32,000 nucleotides of DNA from Halomicrobium mukohataei DSM 12286 (lineage in GTDB: Archaea; Halobacteriota; Halobacteria; Halobacteriales; Haloarculaceae): contig NC_013202.1 of assembly GCF_000023965.1 (NCBI RefSeq), forward strand, positions 3,000,001-3,032,000. The letters run 5' to 3'. Numbering within the stretch: position 1 is the first letter of the stretch; every line of letters starts with the position of its first letter. Of this stretch, positions 18,001 through 25,651 are shown piece after piece. The notes under the pieces were generated by a model. That model was not told the DNA's origin and ran no database searches. It was given only the letters and a program-made list of their open reading frames with translations. Both the position numbers and the translations under genes were made by a program.

Positions 18001-19592
18001 CGCCGCCGCTGCACGACATCTACTCCATCGAGGACCTCAAGCAGCTGATCCACGACCTGAAGGCGGCCAACCCCGACGCCGACATCAACGTCAAGCTCGT
18101 CGCGGAGGACGGCATCGGGACGATCGCGGCCGGCGTCGCGAAGGCGAACGCCGACGTGGTCCACATCTCGGGCCACTCCGGTGGGACCGGCGCGTCGCCG
18201 AAGACGTCGATCAAGAACGCCGGCCTCCCCTGGGAGCTGGGGCTGGCCGAGGCAAACCAGATGCTCAGCGCGACCGAACTGCGCGACCGGATCAGAGTCA
18301 CCTCCGACGGCGGGATGAAGACCGGCCGCGACGTGGCCGTCGCCGCGCTGCTGGGCTCGGAAGGGTACATCTTCGGAACCGCGTCGATGGTCACCTCGGG
18401 CTGTGTGATGGCCCGACAGTGCCACGAGAACACCTGCCCGGTCGGCGTCGCCACCCAGAACGAGAAGCTACGTGACCGCTTCCCGGGCGAACCCCAGCAC
18501 GTGGTCAACTACATGACCTTCATCGCCCAGGAGCTGCGCGAGATCATGGCCGAGCTCGGCTTCGAGACCATCGACGAGATGGTCGGTCGAGCGGAGCTGC
18601 TCCGACAGCGCGACGACATCGAGAACCCCAAGGCCAAGAAGCTGAACCTCTCCGGACTCGTCGCCGAGCCGGAGGGCGACCAGCGCATCAAGAGCCGCGA
18701 GCAGGACCACGACATCGACGAGCAACTCGACTGGGAGCTCATCGAGGCCGCCCGGCCGGCGCTCGAAGACCGCGAGCCGGTCGCGATCGAGACGGAGATC
18801 GACAACGTCCACCGCGCGGTCGGTGCGACCCTCTCGAACCGCATCAGCGAGCGGTACGGCACCGACGGACTGGCCGACGACACCATCCGCGTCGACCTCG
18901 ACGGGACGGCCGGCCAGTCGTTCGGGGCCTTCCTGCAGGACGGCGTGACCATGGCGCTGGACGGGACCGCCAACGACTACGTCGGCAAGGGCCTCTCCGG
19001 CGGGAAGGTGATCGTCGAGACGCCACAGACGGCCGCCTTCGACCCCGCCGAGAACATCGTCGTCGGCAACGTCGCGCTGTACGGCGCGACCCAGGGCGAG
19101 GCCTACGTCAACGGGATGGCCGGCGAACGCTTCGCCGTCCGCAACTCCGGGGTCAAGGGCGTCGTCGAGGGCGTCGGCGACCACGGCTGTGAGTACATGA
19201 CCGGCGGTGCCATCGTCGTCCTGGGCGAGACGGGCAAGAACTTCGCGGCCGGGATGTCCGGCGGCGTCGCCTACGTCTACGACCCCGACGGCGACTTCGA
19301 GCAGCGAGCCAACACCGGGATGGTCTCGCTGTCTCGAACGCTGGAAGGGAAAGACGAGCAGATGCTCACCCGACTGGTCGAGAACCACGCCGCCTACACG
19401 GACTCCGAGCGGGCGAAGACGCTGCTCGACGACTGGGACGCGGCGCTGTCGGACTTCGTGAAGATCATGCCCGACGCCTACGCCGAGGTCATCGACGAGC
19501 GCGACCGCGACGACGTGCGCAACGAACCGCCCGCGTCGGCCACGCCCGAGGCTGGCGCGGCCGAGGGCGGTATCGCGACCAGCGACGACTGA
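15009..19592 (+). CDS. gltB: glutamate synthase large subunit (all four domains)
   Basis: 1527 aa.
- Ntn-amidotransferase catalytic Cys after a propeptide: ...ARSNCGVGVVMDL.
- Central domain.
- FMN/3Fe-4S domain with C-x5-C-x4-C: CVMARQCHENTCPVGVATQ.
- C-terminal GXGXG beta-helix domain: ...VGDHGCEYMTGG...
An alternative ATG lies at 15024. Confidence 0.95.
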   Translation: MLGSHMVERQQSDRSGSAAGLADPTDARSNCGVGVVMDLDGGSHDWVVQDGLELLANLEHRGTTGAEEDTGDGAGIMLQIPHDFFADELDIDLPDPGAYAVGTLFLPQDDDEAAALKDLVESTLAEEGLDVLAWRSVPTDNEDLGATALESEPDVTQVVVTSATGATGDAFSRQLYVGRRVLENEIETAEPAGHERFYVCSLDHETIVYKGLLKAEQLSGYYPDLSDERFESTFALVHARFSTNTLGAWHLAHPYRNIIHNGEFNTIQGNINWMRARETDIESDAFDDGEQSAQSDIEKIKPIIDDPDQSDTASVDNALELLLQDGRDLPHALRMLIPEAWRGEMNDVQGDRRDFYDYHASLVEPWDGPALVAATDGDRVGAVLDRNGLRPCRYDILQDNTLVMSSEAGALDHTADEIDERGRLQPGQCFLADPEEGRVIPDEEVFEDISDEKYGEWVEHEQVGIDDIAGRESDAPIGDVDGLRSHQAMYGYTYDEVDHLIQPMAEKGKDPVGSMGDDTPLSVLSQFNRPLFTYFKQLFAQVTNPPLDYIREELVTSLESRLGYQRNLLAETQEHARQLVLDSPILSDEETAAIKELDENGMSSAVLDITYERGTDLREAIEDVRDEATAAATDADVLVLSDRAAGEDRVPIPSLLAVGGIHHHLVRNGLRNHVGLVVESGDPRAVHHFATLIGYGAGAVNPYLAYQTIDDLVAGPDGADLEAAIGAYITAVEDGLLKTMAKMGISTVESYQGAQIFEAVGLGSDFVAEYFEGTTCRTEGIGIDEIEADLRQRHDIAWSEEEPDMPRQGEYEFRSDGIHHQWNPDTVGKLQQAVRMGDYETYKEFAAEINDQQQTLQTLRGLLEFDDDARESIPVEDVEPVSEIVQRFETAAMSLGSLSPEMHENNAIAMNRIGANANTGEGGEPPERFGTEKECTTKQVASGRFGVTSDYLASAEEIQIKMAQGSKPGEGGHLPGKKVNEMIAHVRYATPGVGLISPPPLHDIYSIEDLKQLIHDLKAANPDADINVKLVAEDGIGTIAAGVAKANADVVHISGHSGGTGASPKTSIKNAGLPWELGLAEANQMLSATELRDRIRVTSDGGMKTGRDVAVAALLGSEGYIFGTASMVTSGCVMARQCHENTCPVGVATQNEKLRDRFPGEPQHVVNYMTFIAQELREIMAELGFETIDEMVGRAELLRQRDDIENPKAKKLNLSGLVAEPEGDQRIKSREQDHDIDEQLDWELIEAARPALEDREPVAIETEIDNVHRAVGATLSNRISERYGTDGLADDTIRVDLDGTAGQSFGAFLQDGVTMALDGTANDYVGKGLSGGKVIVETPQTAAFDPAENIVVGNVALYGATQGEAYVNGMAGERFAVRNSGVKGVVEGVGDHGCEYMTGGAIVVLGETGKNFAAGMSGGVAYVYDPDGDFEQRANTGMVSLSRTLEGKDEQMLTRLVENHAAYTDSERAKTLLDDWDAALSDFVKIMPDAYAEVIDERDRDDVRNEPPASATPEAGAAEGGIATSDD

Positions 19593-19643
19593 TCGAGACC
19601 ATCGGGCTCGATTCCCGGGTCGATCGGCGGACGACTCTTTTTT
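19591..19643 (+). terminator. imperfect hairpin followed by T6 tract downstream of gltB
   Basis: GATCGA (19591-19596) pairs with TCGATC (19620-19625), with inner CGGG/CCCG pairing. A TTTTTT run follows at 19638-19643, 46 nt after the TGA stop. Oligo-T tracts are the established archaeal termination signal. Confidence 0.4.
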
Positions 19644-19754
19644 GCCGCTCGGCTGTGGACCACCGGCCGTGCCTCCACAGTCCGTTCCTGACGCACCACG
19701 CGAGTCGGTACCCGTAGGACCAACCGTTTTCCCGTCGCCGCTCGACCTGCCAGT

Positions 19755-20741
19755 ATGGACTCGGTGCTGATCATCGGCGGGACGCGCTTCATCGGCCGGG
19801 CGACGGTCGAGGAGTTCCGCGAGCACGGCTACGACGTGACGATCTGTAACCGCGGGAACCACGCCAATCCCTTCGCAGACGATCCCGGCGTCGGTCACGT
19901 CGAGGGCGACCGACGCGATCGCGACGACCTCGAAGCGGTTCGCGAACAGGTCGACCCCGACGCCGTGATCGACTGCGTGGCCTACTTCCCCGAGGACGTG
20001 CGCGTCGCGACCGACGTGTTCGCCGACGCCGAGGCCTACGTCTACGTCTCCAGTGGCGCGTCCTACGGCGTCGAGCGCGTCCCGAAGCGAGAGAACGAGA
20101 CGCCGCTGTGTGAGTGTACGCCCGAACAGGCGACGACCGACAGTGCGGCGACCTACGGGCCGCGGAAAGCCGAGGGCGACCGCGAGGTGTTCGCGGCGGC
20201 CGAGCGCGGGGTACGCGCCATGAGCGTCCGCCCCACCGTCGTTTACGGGCCACACGACTACACCGAGCGCTTCGACTACTGGATCGATCGCGTGGACAAC
20301 CACGACCGCGTCGCCGTGCCGGGCGACGGGCTGAGCCTCTGGCAGCTGGTCTACGTCGAGGACGTCGCCAGCGCGCTCCGGGTCGTCGCCGAGTCGGGCA
20401 CTGCCGGCGAGGCGTACAACGTCGGCGACGACCACGTCCCGACGCTGGGCGAGTGGGTCGATCTGCTGGCAGCGGCCTGTGACACCACGGTCGAACGAGT
20501 GGCGGTGAGCGAGCGCGAACTGAGGCGTGTCGGACTCGAATCGACGGAGTTCCCGCTGTATCGGGCCTCGCCACACCTGCTCTCGACGGCGAAGCTGCGC
20601 TCGCTGGGCTGGTCGTCGACGCCACACGAGGCGGCACTGGCGGCGACGGTCGACGAACACCGCGAGAGCGAGCGCACGGGGCGAGGCGAGGGGCCCGACC
20701 GGGCCGACGAGACGGCGCTGTTGGCGTCGCTCGACGAGTGA
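19755..20741 (+). CDS. NAD-dependent epimerase/dehydratase family (extended SDR) protein
   Basis: N-terminal Rossmann motif VLIIGGTRFIGR. 328 aa with a typical extended-SDR layout and an acidic C-terminus. Confidence 0.8.
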   Translation: MDSVLIIGGTRFIGRATVEEFREHGYDVTICNRGNHANPFADDPGVGHVEGDRRDRDDLEAVREQVDPDAVIDCVAYFPEDVRVATDVFADAEAYVYVSSGASYGVERVPKRENETPLCECTPEQATTDSAATYGPRKAEGDREVFAAAERGVRAMSVRPTVVYGPHDYTERFDYWIDRVDNHDRVAVPGDGLSLWQLVYVEDVASALRVVAESGTAGEAYNVGDDHVPTLGEWVDLLAAACDTTVERVAVSERELRRVGLESTEFPLYRASPHLLSTAKLRSLGWSSTPHEAALAATVDEHRESERTGRGEGPDRADETALLASLDE

Positions 20742-20768
20742 GCCGGCGACAGCGCCGAGACTCTCACC

Positions 20769-20891
20769 TCACACCCAGTCTGCCAGGCAGTCCGTCGAGC
20801 AAAACGTCAGGTCCACGTCCGAGTCGGCGTCGTTGACGTGGGCTCTGAGCGTGTACGCCCGCGTGTCGGTGTCGCAGTTCACACAGGACAT
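20769..20891 (-). CDS. 40-aa stand-alone zinc-finger micro-protein (TRASH/MYM-like C-x2-C ... FCS-x2-C)
   Basis: Not in the ORF track (too short).
- ATG at 20889-20891 on the minus strand, TGA stop at 20769-20771.
- Translation: MSCVNCDTDTRAYTLRAHVNDADSDVDLTFCSTDCLADWV.
- Four Cys arranged C-x2-C-x24-C-x3-C.
- Acidic, with GC3-biased codons.
- A TATA-like TTATAG (20923-20928) lies about 34 nt upstream. Confidence 0.55.
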   Translation of the reverse strand: MSCVNCDTDTRAYTLRAHVNDADSDVDLTFCSTDCLADWV

Positions 20892-20958
20892 GACACCCGT
20901 TCTTCGAGGCCCGGACGGATTGTTATAGAGTGGTTACCGGTTCGTCGCCGAGTCGCTA

Positions 20959-21897
20959 TCAGAGCGGGCCCGGTTCGAAGAGGAACACGATCGCTTCGCT
21001 GGTGACGAACAGGGACGCGTACGCGAGCGCCGGAACGAGCAGCGAGTCCGTCCGCTCGTAGGTGTAAGCGGCCACGCCGAGCGTCGCCAGGTTGGCGAAT
21101 CCGTACAGTCCCGCAGCGATGGAGTCGATCGAGGCGACCCACTGGGTCCCAGAGAGGACGACGAACAGCACTGCTGGAACGGCGGCGACAGCCCGGATCC
21201 ACCTGGCGTCGAAACGTGTTCGGGAGACGTGGACAGCGAGCGACGCGAGCGCGAACAGGCCGACGCCGACGTACTTCGGGGTCTCGCCGATGCCGCCGAC
21301 CAGTCCCTGATCGCCCAGCACGAACGCACCCAGTAACGTCGTCAGGACGATCGCGGTGTCACTGCTCGTGATCGATCGAACGCTCCCCTGAACGAGGACC
21401 TGGTTGAGCACCAGCGCCAGCGGAACGGCGACGAACACCCTGGCAAGCGTCGTGCCGGCGACGAAAGTGAACGGGGCCCGTTCGGCGTAGGCCGTGAGCA
21501 CGAGCGTCTTGAACGGGACGCCCGTGACGTTACCGACGAGGTCCGTCACGCCGATCAGGACGGCCGGCGTGACGACGGCCAGTGCGACCAGTGCCAGATC
21601 CGATCTGCCGGGAAGCGCCGTGCCGACGGGCAGATTTCGGGCACGGACGTAGACGGCCGCGATGACCACGAGGCTCGCGACCAACGGCCCGCTGTAGACG
21701 AACGAACTCGCGAGGAAGGCACCGAAGCCGTCGACACCGAGCGCGTCGGCCAGCGGGAGGTTCCGGACCGAGGGACCGACCACCCGCTTCCACAGCGTCC
21801 CGGTCCACAGCTGGACCGCCAGCAGCGCCGCCACGACGATCAGTAGTTCCGTGGCCAGCGGGCGACGAGTCTCGCCGAGTGGGCCCGTCGTTGCCAT
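20959..21897 (-). CDS. polytopic integral membrane protein, function unknown
   Basis: 312 aa, hydrophobic nearly throughout, with roughly 8-9 TM-length segments. ATG start at 21897 with a well-placed TATA box. I could not find CPBP or other signature motifs. Confidence 0.65.
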   Translation of the reverse strand: MATTGPLGETRRPLATELLIVVAALLAVQLWTGTLWKRVVGPSVRNLPLADALGVDGFGAFLASSFVYSGPLVASLVVIAAVYVRARNLPVGTALPGRSDLALVALAVVTPAVLIGVTDLVGNVTGVPFKTLVLTAYAERAPFTFVAGTTLARVFVAVPLALVLNQVLVQGSVRSITSSDTAIVLTTLLGAFVLGDQGLVGGIGETPKYVGVGLFALASLAVHVSRTRFDARWIRAVAAVPAVLFVVLSGTQWVASIDSIAAGLYGFANLATLGVAAYTYERTDSLLVPALAYASLFVTSEAIVFLFEPGPL

Positions 21898-21921
21898 GTC
21901 CGTTCAGTTCCGTCCCACCCG

Positions 21922-21929
21922 ATAAAAAA
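21922..21929 (-). promoter_or_regulatory. candidate TATA box (TTTTTTAT on minus strand) for the membrane protein gene
   Basis: ATAAAAAA on the plus strand is centred about 28 nt upstream of the ATG at 21897. This is the spacing expected for a leaderless haloarchaeal mRNA. Confidence 0.45.
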
Positions 21930-22038
21930 CGGAGGGTCGGTCGACGAATGCGCGCGTCGGTCGCTCGACCGACCCGCCGTCCTGGAGCGACCGCCGGCCA
22001 CGACAAGTGTTTTCACGCCTGGCTGACCACCCACGGGT

Positions 22039-23097
22039 ATGTTCGACAAAACGAGCTGGATCAGGCTCCCCCACAACGTGGTGGTGGGCCACGGCGTCCT
22101 CGACCAGACTGTCGCGGCCGTCGAGGACATCCACCTCTCCGGGCGGCCGCTGATCGTCGCCAGCCCGACGCCGTACAGCGTGGCCGGCGAGCGCGTCGTC
22201 GCGCAGTTCGAGGACGCCGACGCAGATCCGGCCGAGGTGATCGTCGAGGAGGCCAGCTTCGAAGCCGTAGAGTCGGTCATCGAGACCGCCCGCTCGGTCG
22301 ACGCCGGCTACCTGCTGGGCGTCGGCGGCGGGAAGGCCATCGACATCGCGAAGATGGCCGCCGACGAGCTGAACCTGGGCTTCGTCTCCGTGCCGACCGC
22401 TGCCAGTCACGACGGCATCGTCTCCGGACGCGGTTCGGTCCCGGAGGGCGATACGCGCCACAGCGTCGCCTCTGAGCCGCCCCTGGCCGTCGTCGCCGAC
22501 ACCGAGATCCTCGCCGAAGCCCCCTGGCGGCTGACCACCGCGGGCTGTGCCGACATCATCTCGAACTACACCGCGGTCCGGGACTGGCAGCTGGCTCACC
22601 GACTGAAAAACGTCGAGTACTCGGAGTACGCGGGCGAGCTGGCCCGGATGACCGCGGAGATGCTCGTCGAGAACGCCGGCTCGATCAAGCAGGGACTCGA
22701 AGAGTCGTCGTGGATCGTCGTCAAGGCGCTGGTCTCCTCCGGCGTCGCCATGTCGATCGCCGACTCCTCGCGGCCCGCCTCCGGCGCTGAACACCTCTTT
22801 TCCCACCAGCTCGACCGAATCGCGCCCGACGCCGCGCTCCACGGCCACCAGGTCGGCGTCGGCTCGATCATGACCGAGTACCTCCACAGCGGCGCGAAAG
22901 GGCAGTGGATCGACGTTCGCGACGCGCTGGCCTCGATCGGCGCACCAACGACGGCCGACGAGCTGGGGATCGACGACGACACCGTACTGGAAGCGCTGAC
23001 GACCGCCCACGAGATCCGAGATCGCTACACGATCCTGGGCGACGGCATGAGCGAGGCCGCCGCTCGGGAGGCGGCGACCGTGACCGGCGTTATCTGA
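22039..23097 (+). CDS. egsA: NAD(P)-dependent sn-glycerol-1-phosphate dehydrogenase
   Basis: 352 aa of the iron-ADH/G1PDH superfamily. Glycine-rich motif LLGVGGGKAIDIAK, conserved PTAASHDGI, and His-rich metal site (EHLFSHQLD ... LHGHQVGVG). Size and motifs fit archaeal EgsA. Confidence 0.9.
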   Translation: MFDKTSWIRLPHNVVVGHGVLDQTVAAVEDIHLSGRPLIVASPTPYSVAGERVVAQFEDADADPAEVIVEEASFEAVESVIETARSVDAGYLLGVGGGKAIDIAKMAADELNLGFVSVPTAASHDGIVSGRGSVPEGDTRHSVASEPPLAVVADTEILAEAPWRLTTAGCADIISNYTAVRDWQLAHRLKNVEYSEYAGELARMTAEMLVENAGSIKQGLEESSWIVVKALVSSGVAMSIADSSRPASGAEHLFSHQLDRIAPDAALHGHQVGVGSIMTEYLHSGAKGQWIDVRDALASIGAPTTADELGIDDDTVLEALTTAHEIRDRYTILGDGMSEAAAREAATVTGVI

Positions 23098-23175
23098 TAC
23101 TACCGGCTGTAAATCTGTGAACGATTTCGCCACCCCGGGGTGGCGAAGATCTTCACGAAGTTACAGCCGGCAGTA
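23098..23175. repeat. 78-bp palindrome, divergent family copy C1
   Basis: The sequence runs TACTACCGGCTGTAAATCTGTGAACGATTTCGCCACCCC/GGGGTGGCGAAGATCTTCACGAAGTTACAGCCGGCAGTA. It pairs almost end to end (hand fold: 4 bp, 1 mismatch, 10 bp, a short irregular zone, 5-6 bp, an irregular zone, about 9 bp with a CCGG apex). It is flanked by TGA at 23095-23097, which is the egsA stop, and TGA at 23176-23178. Confidence 0.8.
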
Positions 23176-23178
23176 TGA

Positions 23179-23257
23179 GACGGCCTCTTGTCGCAGTTTG
23201 CCCGGTCGACCGTACGATTGCGTACGGTCGATCCGGTACCGACCTACACGAATTCGG
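23179..23257. repeat. 79-bp palindrome, family copy C2 (B-like, right end degenerate)
   Basis: The sequence runs GACGGCCTCTTGTCGCAGTTTGCCCGGTCGACCGTACG-ATTG-CGTACGGTCGATCCGGTACCGACCTACACGAATTCGG. Aligned by hand to copy B without gaps, it matches at 54/79 overall and 49/61 in the core (positions 10-70). The right end overlaps the last codons and stop of the minus-strand gene 23244..23717. Confidence 0.75.
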
Positions 23258-23717
23258 GGATCTCCGACTCGGTTGCCCAGACGCCCCGCTCGGTCTGGCC
23301 GCCGTCGTAGACCGCGTCGACGAGGACGAGCAGCCGGTACACGGTCTCGGCGTCGGTGTCCTCGGCGTTGCGGACGCCAGCGATCGTGACGCGGACGATC
23401 CCGTCGATCGTACAGTCGATGCCGGTCGCGTCCGCGACGGCGTCGCGCGCCCGCTCGGAGAGGGGCGTCTCGCTCCCGCCGACACAGCGCGGGACCCGTC
23501 TGCGGTCTTCACCCTGAACGTGTAACACCTCCCCGTCGTCGTTCTCCACTCGGACGTACACGTCCGCGAACCCGTCGCACGCGCGCTCGACGGCGGCGTC
23601 GTACGCGTCGGGAGAGAGACTGAGTGTCGTCTGGTTCACCGGGAAGGGACCGTGGTGCTGCTGGAGCGCCTCGATCCCCTCTCCGATCACGTCCCGAGAC
23701 CCACCCACCGATTCCAT
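23244..23717 (-). CDS. Nudix-fold-like protein with degenerate Nudix box (hypothetical)
   Basis: 157 aa. The pattern ...ADVYVRVENDDGEVLHVQGEDRRRVPRCVGGSETPLSERARDAVADATGIDC... matches the Nudix strand-loop-helix layout. However, RE-U-x-EE is replaced by RD-A-V-AD. Confidence 0.5.
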   Translation of the reverse strand: MESVGGSRDVIGEGIEALQQHHGPFPVNQTTLSLSPDAYDAAVERACDGFADVYVRVENDDGEVLHVQGEDRRRVPRCVGGSETPLSERARDAVADATGIDCTIDGIVRVTIAGVRNAEDTDAETVYRLLVLVDAVYDGGQTERGVWATESEIPEFV

Positions 23718-23831
23718 ACGTCGTACTCGTCAGCGACACCAATAAAAGCAGCCAGTCGTTTGCGAGACGTGAGAACGCCCCGTTCACCCACCAAGTTGGG
23801 CCGCTGTGGGTGTTCCAGAGCGAGCGTCGCC

Positions 23832-25622
23832 TCAGACGTGCTCGTCGAGGAACTCGACGACCCGCGTGTAGGCCTCGATCCGGTTCTCTCGCTTGGCGAT
23901 CCCGTGGCCCTCGTCGTCGAAGACCAGCAGTTCGACCGGAACGTCCTGCTCGCGGACGGCGTCGGCGATCTGTTCGGCCTCGCCGACCGGGACCCGCGGG
24001 TCGTTCTCGCCGTGGATGACGAACAGTGGCGCGGCGATCTGGTCGGCGCTGTGGATCGGCGAGACGGATTCGAGGAACCCGCGGTCGTCCTCCAGTGAGC
24101 CGTACTCGGCTTCGCGGAGCGATCTTCGCCAGTCGCCGGTGTTTTCGAGGAAGGTGACGAAGTTCGCGATGCCGACCACGTCGACGCCCGCGGCCCAGAG
24201 GTCGGGGTACTCCGTCATCGCGGCGAGCACCATGAACCCGCCGTAGGAACCGCCCTTGGCCACCAGTCGGTCGGGATCGACCGCCGGATGCTCGTGGAGC
24301 CAGTCGACGCCAGCGCGGATGTCGCGGACGCTGTCCAGCCGGTTTTCCACGTCGTCCAGTTGCATGTAGTCGGTGCCGTAGCCGCTCGATCCCCTGACGT
24401 TGGGTTCGAACAGCGCGTAGCCACGCGAGAGGAAGTACTGCTGGAGGCCGGAGAAGGAGGGCCGGCGCTGGCTCTCGGGACCGCCGTGGATGTCGACGAT
24501 CACCGGGACGCCGTCGTCGGCTCTGACCTCGGCCGGCGGCAGCGAGAAGAACGCCGGAATCTCGCGCCCGTCGAAGCTCTCGAAGTGGACCAGCTCCGGC
24601 GGGACGAACGTCGAGTCGGGAATGCCGGCCGTCGAGGCGTGCGTCCAGCGGGTGGCCTCGCCCGTCTCGGTCTCGACGACGAAGACGTTCGTGTTGACCG
24701 TCCGGCCGGTGACCGTCACGGCGAAGCGCTCGGCGTCGGGTCCCCACGAGACGCCGCCAGCGATCCCGCCGGGCAGCTCCGGCGTCGGGAACGTCTCGAT
24801 GGTGGTCTCGTCGGTCAACCGTCCGACGGTCAGGTCAGTGTAGCCGTCGACGTTCCGGGAGTAGGCGAGCCGTCCGGTGTCGACGTCGACGGACACGCCG
24901 TCGACGTTCCAGTCGTCGTCCGAGACGACCTCGCGGAGCGTCTCGTCGAGATCGAGGCGGGCCAGCCAGCGCAGGTCCGCATCGCTGTCGGTGACGAGAT
25001 AGACGCCGTCGCCGTCGGGTGCCCACTGGGCACTCCCGTAGCGCACGTCGCCGTGGTGGGGCGTGAGGTGCTCGAAGTCGCCCGATTCCAGGTCGAGGAC
25101 GAAGAGATCCTGGTCGACGTTCGAGTGGGCCTCGCCGACGAGGAGTTTCGTGTCGTCGGGCGACCAGCCGCCGACGGTGAGCCAGCCGTCGCCCTCGTGG
25201 ACCAGTGTGGCCTCGTCGTCGTCCCGGCCCTGCACGTAGATGTCGAAGACGCTCTCGTCGCGGCGATTCGAGGCGAAGGCGAATCGCTCGCCGTCGTGGC
25301 TCCAGCCGCCCCAGCGGTGTTTGGCGTCCGGACTGTCGGTGAGCGACGTGATCGTGCCGTCGGCGTCGAGGCGGAACAGCTGCATCCGTTCGTCGCCCCC
25401 CTCGTCCTTGCCGAAGATCAGCTCCGGCCGTTCGGGCGAGTACGAGGCGAAGGACACGGAGTCCTCGTAGAAGGTGCGCTGCTGGGGCCAGCCGCCCGGT
25501 TCGTCGACGTTCCAGAGCTGGAACGTGCCGGTCGCGTTCATCCGGAAGGCGAGCTGTCCGTCGGGCCCGAGCGTCGCCCCGGTCGCAGATCTGACGTTGA
25601 GATAGCGTTCGAGATCGTACAC
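23832..25622 (-). CDS. S9 family serine peptidase (prolyl oligopeptidase / acylaminoacyl-peptidase type)
   Basis: 596 aa. N-terminal beta-propeller-type repeats (…WSPDG…, …WAPDG…). C-terminal alpha/beta hydrolase domain with nucleophile motif AKGGSYGGFM, acid VIHGENDPRVP and His FDDEGHGI. The start codon at 25620-25622 is GTG. Confidence 0.9.
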   Translation of the reverse strand: MYDLERYLNVRSATGATLGPDGQLAFRMNATGTFQLWNVDEPGGWPQQRTFYEDSVSFASYSPERPELIFGKDEGGDERMQLFRLDADGTITSLTDSPDAKHRWGGWSHDGERFAFASNRRDESVFDIYVQGRDDDEATLVHEGDGWLTVGGWSPDDTKLLVGEAHSNVDQDLFVLDLESGDFEHLTPHHGDVRYGSAQWAPDGDGVYLVTDSDADLRWLARLDLDETLREVVSDDDWNVDGVSVDVDTGRLAYSRNVDGYTDLTVGRLTDETTIETFPTPELPGGIAGGVSWGPDAERFAVTVTGRTVNTNVFVVETETGEATRWTHASTAGIPDSTFVPPELVHFESFDGREIPAFFSLPPAEVRADDGVPVIVDIHGGPESQRRPSFSGLQQYFLSRGYALFEPNVRGSSGYGTDYMQLDDVENRLDSVRDIRAGVDWLHEHPAVDPDRLVAKGGSYGGFMVLAAMTEYPDLWAAGVDVVGIANFVTFLENTGDWRRSLREAEYGSLEDDRGFLESVSPIHSADQIAAPLFVIHGENDPRVPVGEAEQIADAVREQDVPVELLVFDDEGHGIAKRENRIEAYTRVVEFLDEHV

Positions 25623-25646
25623 GCCAGATGTCTGGGCGAGCGCGAG

Positions 25647-25651
25647 TATAA
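25647..25651 (-). promoter_or_regulatory. candidate TATA element for the S9 peptidase gene
   Basis: TATAA on the plus strand (TTATA on minus) is centred about 27 nt upstream of the GTG start at 25622. This is leaderless-type spacing. Confidence 0.3.

Noticed and set aside
15168-18425. 1085-aa minus-strand ORF inside gltB
   Set aside because: It is antisense to an unambiguous glutamate synthase gene and its composition is low-complexity and R/G/V/D-rich. The same reasoning applies to 6137..7942 (antisense to aCPSF1), 18468..20660, 2488..4383, 11588..13270, 13502..14674, 21904..23133, 23509..24747, 24288..25709, 29239..30486 and 31141..31779.
19597-19625. tRNA T-arm-like string GGGCTCGATTCCCGG just after gltB
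   Set aside because: There is no acceptor, D or anticodon arm around it, and the loop is CTCGATT rather than TTCGAAT/TTCAAAT. It is better explained as part of a terminator hairpin.
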